Source of the DNA: an uncultured Bacteroidales bacterium
Lineage (GTDB): Bacteria; Bacteroidota; Bacteroidia; Bacteroidales; CAYRRV01
DNA length: 64,000 bases
Direction: 5' to 3'
Assembly (NCBI GenBank): GCA_964426725.1
Contig: CAYRRV010000001.1
Coordinates: 212,538 to 276,537 of the forward strand
The notes beneath the pieces are model-generated. The model searched no databases. It was not told where the DNA came from and worked only from the letters and a program-made list of their open reading frames with translations. Positions 58,579 to 64,000 of this stretch are shown here, piece by piece (the stretch's first letter is position 1; each line of letters opens with the position of its first letter). The position numbers were made by a program, and so were the translations under genes.

Positions 58579-59262
58579 TTATTTCGTGAGTATTTCGATT
58601 AATTTTTTAACCCCGGTAACTGCTTTATCTTTAATGACAGTTACTTTTCTTGAAACAGGTATATTAACATCCAGTGGATCAATTAGGTAGATAGGTTTGT
58701 CATAGGGAACATAATCTACCAGTCCTGCAGCAGGATATACATTCAATGAAGTGCCAATTACGGCGAAAATATCAGCTTCTGAGGCTTTACGTGCTGCTTT
58801 CCCCATTTCCATGACGGGTTCTCCGAACCATACAACAAATGGCCTGAGTTGAGAGCCTTTCTCGCATTTGTCACCCATGTTCAATTCCCAGCCCTCGATA
58901 TCATATACCAGGGAAGAATCTGCCGTTGATTGCGATTTTCTGAGCTCACCGTGAAGATGGAGAACATTTTTACTTCCTGCCCGCTCGTGTAAATCATCAA
59001 TGTTTTGTGTAATAATTTCAACATCAAAGTATTTTTCCAGTTCCACTAATCCACGGTGAGCATCATTAGGTTCCGCGGTGAGTAATTGTTTTCTGCGGTC
59101 GTTGTAAAATTTCAGGATCAGCTCGGGATCTTTATTCCATCCCTCGATACTTGCTACTTCCATAACATCATAGTTTTCCCATAAACCTCCCATGTCACGG
59201 AAAGTCTTTAAACCGCTTTCGGCACTGATTCCTGCACCGGTAAGTACAACCAATTTTTTCAT
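58579..59262 (-). CDS. cobB: NAD-dependent protein deacylase (Sir2 family)
   Basis: LTGAGISAESGLKTFRD, QNIDDLHERAG, HLHG, FGE. 227 aa. Only one Cys in the whole protein. Confidence 0.88.
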   Translation of the reverse strand: MKKLVVLTGAGISAESGLKTFRDMGGLWENYDVMEVASIEGWNKDPELILKFYNDRRKQLLTAEPNDAHRGLVELEKYFDVEIITQNIDDLHERAGSKNVLHLHGELRKSQSTADSSLVYDIEGWELNMGDKCEKGSQLRPFVVWFGEPVMEMGKAARKASEADIFAVIGTSLNVYPAAGLVDYVPYDKPIYLIDPLDVNIPVSRKVTVIKDKAVTGVKKLIEILTK

Positions 59263-59287
59263 AAAAGTTTGAAATATACTATCTTGA

Positions 59288-59295
59288 CAAATGTA
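59288..59295 (-). promoter_or_regulatory. Candidate -7 promoter box (TAnnTTTG) for cobB
   Basis: Minus strand TACATTTG, 25 nt upstream of the cobB start codon at 59262. Confidence 0.35.
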
Positions 59296-59437
59296 AGAAA
59301 ATCATTTTTATTTTTCTTTAATGCAATTTTAATTCATTTTTATTTTGGACAGGTAAATACCGTAATAATTGTTAAATTAGCAAAATGAATGTGATATTTC
59401 ATCTTCTTGATATTCAAACTGTTTTTTATAGCACCTG

Positions 59438-61402
59438 ATGATAGATCAACGTACAGTTGAACAGATTTATGATGCAGTTGATATTGCTGACGTGGTTCAG
59501 GATTTTGTGACCCTGAAAAAAAGGGGAGCGAATTATCTTGGCTTGTGCCCCTTTCATAACGAGAAGACTCCCTCATTCACCGTGTCTGCCTCGAAAGGAA
59601 TTTACAAGTGTTTTGGATGTGGCGAGGGAGGAAACGCGGTAAATTTCATCATGAAGCATGAAAACCTGACCTATTACGAGGCATTGAAATTTCTCGCGGC
59701 CAAGTACAATATAGAAATTGTAGAAAAAGAGCGAACGGAAGAAGATATTCAACAGCAGAACGACCGGGAAAGCATGTTGGTTATTACCTCTTTCGCACAG
59801 CGTTATTTCAGCAACACGCTTTTCCATGATGAAGAAGGAATTGCCATTGGGCTGAGTTACCTGAAAGAAAGAGGTTTCAGGATGAGTATTATTGAAAAAT
59901 TCGGGCTTGGTTATTGCCCGGGTAAAAAAGACAGTTTCACGAACCAGGCCCTCAAAGAAGGGTACAAGAAGGAATACCTTGTTAAAGCCGGACTCACGAT
60001 AGATAAAGATGGATATGTTTTCGACCGGTTCCGGGGCAGGGTCATTTTTCCGGTTTACAGCCTTAGCGGGAAAGTTATTGCTTTTGGAGGGAGAACCCTT
60101 CAACAAGATAAAAAAACAGCCAAGTACCTGAATTCACCGGAATCAGAAATCTACCACAAAAGTAATGTCCTTTATGGCATTTACCAGGCACGAAAAGCCA
60201 TCAACATGGCCGGTAAATGTTACCTGGTAGAAGGCTACACCGATGTGATTTCCCTGCACCAAAACGGTGTGGAAAATGTAGTAGCATCCTCGGGAACATC
60301 GCTTACCCGGGAGCAAATAAGGCTTATCAAGAGGTTTACAGAGAATGTAACTATAATTTATGATGGAGATGAGGCCGGGATTAAAGCATCGCTGCGGGGA
60401 ATTGATTTGATATTGGAAGAAAATCTCAACGTGAAAATCGTACTTCTTCCCGTGAATGAAGATCCCGATTCTTTTGCCAGGAAACACAGTAACGAGGAAA
60501 TGAATGAGTACATAGCTCAAAATGAAAAAGATTTCATTCTTTTTAAAACCGAGTTGTTACTTAAGGATACAAAAAATGACCCGGTTAAAAAGGCCTCTCT
60601 AATCCAGGGTATAGTTTCCTCTATCGCTATTATTCCTGATGGTATAAAAAGATCAGTATATATTAAAGAATGTTCCGGGCTTCTGGAGGTTGAAGAAAAT
60701 GTCCTGTACACGGAAATCAATAAAAAACGAAAACACAGGTCAGATCAAAATTATAAAAAGGTACAACGGGCAAATAATTTCCAGGATTCGCGAAAAGATG
60801 AAAATGAAACAGGCATAATTTCCGGTGAAACAAGTATGCACGAGAGGGAGCTTATCCGGCTGATGATTAATTACGGGGATAAAGACCTTTTTGAAATGAC
60901 CTTGGAGAATGAGAAAGAACCAGAATCTATAAAAATGGTTAAGGTTGCCGAATTTATCATTGGGGAATTGCAAAAAGATGAAAAAGCATTACAATTCCAG
61001 GATCCTCTTTATAAAAAGATACTGGAAGAATATTCCGCGTTCCTGGAAAGAGATGAATATCCTGACCAAAAATATTTCACGCATCATGCCGATAATGATA
61101 TTAACAGGATAGCCGTTGATCTGCTAAGTGTTCCTTATCCCCTCAGCAAAATTTGGGAAAAAAATGAAAACTATATTGAAACTGAAGAAATGAAATTAGC
61201 CGAACTGGTACCTGAATCTATCATTGCCTTTAAGAATAAAAAAATTATGATTGAACTCGATCGGGCAAGTCGGGAATTAAAGAAGGCTCAGGAAGAAGGT
61301 TCGCTGGAAAAAATGTTAGAATTGCAACAAAAATTCATGGTGTTAAATGATATTAAGAAAACCTTTGCAAAAGATCTGGGTGACAGAATTATACTTTCAT
61401 AG
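59438..61402 (+). CDS. dnaG: DNA primase
   Basis: Zn ribbon CPFHNEKTPSF...CFGCG. Toprim EGYTDVI...DGDEAG. 654 aa. Confidence 0.95.
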   Translation: MIDQRTVEQIYDAVDIADVVQDFVTLKKRGANYLGLCPFHNEKTPSFTVSASKGIYKCFGCGEGGNAVNFIMKHENLTYYEALKFLAAKYNIEIVEKERTEEDIQQQNDRESMLVITSFAQRYFSNTLFHDEEGIAIGLSYLKERGFRMSIIEKFGLGYCPGKKDSFTNQALKEGYKKEYLVKAGLTIDKDGYVFDRFRGRVIFPVYSLSGKVIAFGGRTLQQDKKTAKYLNSPESEIYHKSNVLYGIYQARKAINMAGKCYLVEGYTDVISLHQNGVENVVASSGTSLTREQIRLIKRFTENVTIIYDGDEAGIKASLRGIDLILEENLNVKIVLLPVNEDPDSFARKHSNEEMNEYIAQNEKDFILFKTELLLKDTKNDPVKKASLIQGIVSSIAIIPDGIKRSVYIKECSGLLEVEENVLYTEINKKRKHRSDQNYKKVQRANNFQDSRKDENETGIISGETSMHERELIRLMINYGDKDLFEMTLENEKEPESIKMVKVAEFIIGELQKDEKALQFQDPLYKKILEEYSAFLERDEYPDQKYFTHHADNDINRIAVDLLSVPYPLSKIWEKNENYIETEEMKLAELVPESIIAFKNKKIMIELDRASRELKKAQEEGSLEKMLELQQKFMVLNDIKKTFAKDLGDRIILS

Positions 61403-61576
61403 CAGTTTTAAGCTTAATGTTTCGCCAATTTCCAGCGATTTTTACCGGCCTGCCAAATTACTATTGATGGGGGTACACAATTTGAGGATAAAGCATATCT
61501 GATCTGGTATTTCAGGTTTTTGCTTGTAAAATTTCGAATATTGTATTATATTTAAAATATTTCTAAACCATAACCC

Positions 61577-62275
61577 ATGAACAGGAAGGCAGATCTTATC
61601 ACGTACCTGACGCGGAGGCATTATAAGGATCACCCGGAAGAAAAAGAACCGGGCCCGGTAATTACCATATCCCGTGAATATGGATGCCCGGCTAAACGGG
61701 TGGCTGCCAAGTTGTCAGATATGCTTACCGACAAAACAATAGTCAAGGGAGAAAAAAAACCATGGCGGTGGATTAGCAAAGAAATAATGTACGAGTCAGC
61801 CAGGGAACTGAATCTCGAACCCAAGAGTATCAAGTACGTTTTTGATTACGAGCAGAAGAGCATAATTGATGATATTTTGGCATCTCATTCTCAGAAATAT
61901 TACAAGAGCGACAGGAAGATACGCGGGACAGTAGCCAACGTTATCAGGACGTTTGGTGAGGAAGGACACGTGATCATCGTGGGTCGCGGGGGAGTTGCCA
62001 TTACAAAAGATATCCCTAAATCATTGCATGTACATCTCGAAGCACCATTGGAATGGAGAGCTATACGCGCCAGCCAGAAACATGGAGTGTCTATCGAGGA
62101 AGCCAAACGTGATGCTATTGCTATCGATAAGAAAAGAAAAGAATTCAGGGAGTATTTCGAAGGGAAAAATACAGACTACACCCGGTTTGATTTAACCCTT
62201 AATTGCATGACACTTTCAGTTGATGAACTGGCAAGCATTATCGCGGACACTGCCGGGATTCGGGGAATTGTTTAG
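61577..62275 (+). CDS. Cytidylate kinase-like family protein
   Basis: ITISREYGCPAKRVAAKL... and VIIVGRGG are typical of the cytidylate-kinase-like (PF13189-type) family. Confidence 0.65.
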   Translation: MNRKADLITYLTRRHYKDHPEEKEPGPVITISREYGCPAKRVAAKLSDMLTDKTIVKGEKKPWRWISKEIMYESARELNLEPKSIKYVFDYEQKSIIDDILASHSQKYYKSDRKIRGTVANVIRTFGEEGHVIIVGRGGVAITKDIPKSLHVHLEAPLEWRAIRASQKHGVSIEEAKRDAIAIDKKRKEFREYFEGKNTDYTRFDLTLNCMTLSVDELASIIADTAGIRGIV

Positions 62276-62400
62276 GATTTTATACAGTAAGATTTTTTTA
62301 TATTCTTAATCTTCTTCCGGGAACTTTTTCCCAGATTGATCGTAATCTGTTTTATCCTGTTTTGCATTCAGGACTATCACACTAACCAAAAAATTATACC

Positions 62401-63096
62401 ATGAATAAAACATCATTGATGTGCATGTTATGCTTATGCTTTTTAGTTAATACACCGGGTTTTGCCACTGCAGGCGATAGTTTGCAGGTACCTGATGATT
62501 CGTCCATGAACACGGGAATTTTAGATACTATGGAGATTGATGCATCTGGTAAACTGCCCGTTATGAAAGAGGTTAACCCAGAAAAGCTATCTCCCGGGGG
62601 ATCGGATGGTAATTATTTTGATCGTGTAATTACAAGTACTGGCGATGAATATGTTGTTAAGGTTAAAGACATCAATATTTACGAGATTGTCTATACCTAC
62701 CCTCTTAATACCATAGAGCAGAGAATGGATAAGGATATGATTAAAAAGATAATTTTCTCGGATGGTTCAGAGCAAGTTATCTCAGGAGAAGAAGTAAAGG
62801 AAGAAAAAGACTGGGCCGTGGTTGTTGGTGAAAAAGACTGGGAAAAGGTAATAATTCTAACTTCTGAAGACGAAATAGAAGGGTTGAAAAAACTGGAAGA
62901 ATTTAAAGCCAAATACGTTGGAAACAGGATCAAAACATCTTCTGAATATCTCGAAAAGAATGTTATGATAATTCTGCGAAAGAAAACCGCGCATCTTAAA
63001 GGTAATTATTTGCTGGTAAAAGAAAAACAAGAATACAGGGCATACGGGGATCTTCCTTATATTGAAATGACCGGTATTGCTTACCTTAGGGATTGA
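62401..63096 (+). CDS. Hypothetical secreted protein
   Basis: Signal peptide (CLCFLVNTPGFATAGD). No recognisable domain. Confidence 0.45.
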   Translation: MNKTSLMCMLCLCFLVNTPGFATAGDSLQVPDDSSMNTGILDTMEIDASGKLPVMKEVNPEKLSPGGSDGNYFDRVITSTGDEYVVKVKDINIYEIVYTYPLNTIEQRMDKDMIKKIIFSDGSEQVISGEEVKEEKDWAVVVGEKDWEKVIILTSEDEIEGLKKLEEFKAKYVGNRIKTSSEYLEKNVMIILRKKTAHLKGNYLLVKEKQEYRAYGDLPYIEMTGIAYLRD

Positions 63097-63163
63097 CTGT
63101 CTTTTTTTTATTATCTTTGAGAAGTGTAACCAATTTTAAGATATTTTGACAGACATTTCTCAA

Positions 63164-64000
63164 ATGAAACTTGTTGAAGTCCTGGAAGATAAGCAGAGAA
63201 AAGAATTTCTCCGGTTTCCGGTACGTCTATACAGGCATGACCCTAACTATATTCGACCACTTGATGAAGATATAGAAAAAGTCTTTGACCCCCGTGCAAA
63301 TAAATTTTTCCGGAATGGAGAATGCACGAGATGGATTCTGTTAGATGCAAATGGGAAGACGATTGGAAAAGTAGCTGCATTCGTGGACTGGAAAACTGCA
63401 AAAAACAATGATCAGCCTACAGGAGGCATGGGTTTTTTTGATTGTATCAATAACCAGGAAGCCGCCAATAAATTATTTTTAATGGCAAGGGATTGGTTAA
63501 TGGCGAGAGGCATGGAGGCAATGGATGGCCCGATTAATTTCGGGGATCGGGATCGCTGGTGGGGTTTACTGGTCGATGGATTTACACCTCCAAACTATTG
63601 TGTTCCCTATAATTTTCCCTATTATCAAAAGCTGTTTGAAAATTTTGGCTTTAAAAACTATTTTGAGCAGTATACTTATTATACCCCCATTACCGATGCA
63701 GGGCTTAAGCCGGGGGTTAGGGAAAGGGCCACCAGAATATTCAGGAACGCGGACTATTCTTTTCGTCATATTGAAAAAAAAAGAATCGGGAAGTACGCTG
63801 AATATTTCCGTATCATTTACAATAAGGCCTGGGTAAAGCATTCAGGGGTAAAGCCTATTTCAAAATTACATGCCGAAGCACTCATTAAATCCATGAAACC
63901 AATTCTGGATGAGAAACTCATGTGGTTTGCCTTTTATAAAGATGAACCAGTCGCATTTTATCTCATGATACCTGAAATAAATCAAATCATCCGGCATCTG
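63164..64000 (+). CDS. Conserved hypothetical protein (GNAT-like?), partial; continues past the window end
   Basis: Absent from the ORF track because it has no stop in the window. My translation from the ATG at 63164 reads MKLVEVLEDKQRKEFLRFPVRLYRHDPNYIRPLDEDIEKVFDP...GGMGFFDCI... and stays open for 279 codons to position 64000. It resembles a family annotated as N-acetyltransferase-like in Bacteroidota, but that is from memory only. Confidence 0.5.
   Translation, partial: MKLVEVLEDKQRKEFLRFPVRLYRHDPNYIRPLDEDIEKVFDPRANKFFRNGECTRWILLDANGKTIGKVAAFVDWKTAKNNDQPTGGMGFFDCINNQEAANKLFLMARDWLMARGMEAMDGPINFGDRDRWWGLLVDGFTPPNYCVPYNFPYYQKLFENFGFKNYFEQYTYYTPITDAGLKPGVRERATRIFRNADYSFRHIEKKRIGKYAEYFRIIYNKAWVKHSGVKPISKLHAEALIKSMKPILDEKLMWFAFYKDEPVAFYLMIPEINQIIRHL

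Noticed and set aside
59573-60106. 177-aa minus-strand ORF
   Set aside because: It lies antisense within dnaG and has no independent support.

Overview
AT-rich, densely packed chromosomal segment, of Bacteroidota type judging by the gld/por genes and the TAnnTTTG promoter boxes. I call about 60 CDS. I recognised no rRNA, tRNA, CRISPR array, transposase or integrase. Most genes are core housekeeping: topA, PBP1A, radA, panC/panD, glmS, metG, proC, pgk, holB, trmB, tsaE, ald, tdh/kbl, dnaG and a class II photolyase. Interleaved with them is an unusually high number of type IX secretion (T9SS)/gliding genes: a porP-gldK-gldL-gldM operon at the left edge, gldH, and a probable sprE/porW followed directly by porX. 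There is also a six-gene nucleotide-sugar operon (WbpA/B/D/E-like enzymes plus galE and rfbB). I do not see a defence island or a clearly novel multi-gene system, so this looks like an ordinary core region. The least explained signal is a ~92-bp non-coding repeat family. It has four clear copies in both orientations at 4889-4980, 40507-40597, 42134-42225 and 49668-49728. Two copies lie upstream of T9SS operons, and one supplies the last codons and the stop of an alkyltransferase-like gene. Smaller observations: an arginase-fold protein with degenerate metal ligands, a half-size glycogen-synthase homologue, a Cys-less sirtuin, an HU-TM-SPOR protein, and a perfect 16-bp palindrome at the tdh-kbl promoter. 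Several ORF-track starts are alternative codons or N-terminal over-extensions, and I re-set them to internal ATGs. All calls come from reading the translations and the sequence by eye; no searches were run.
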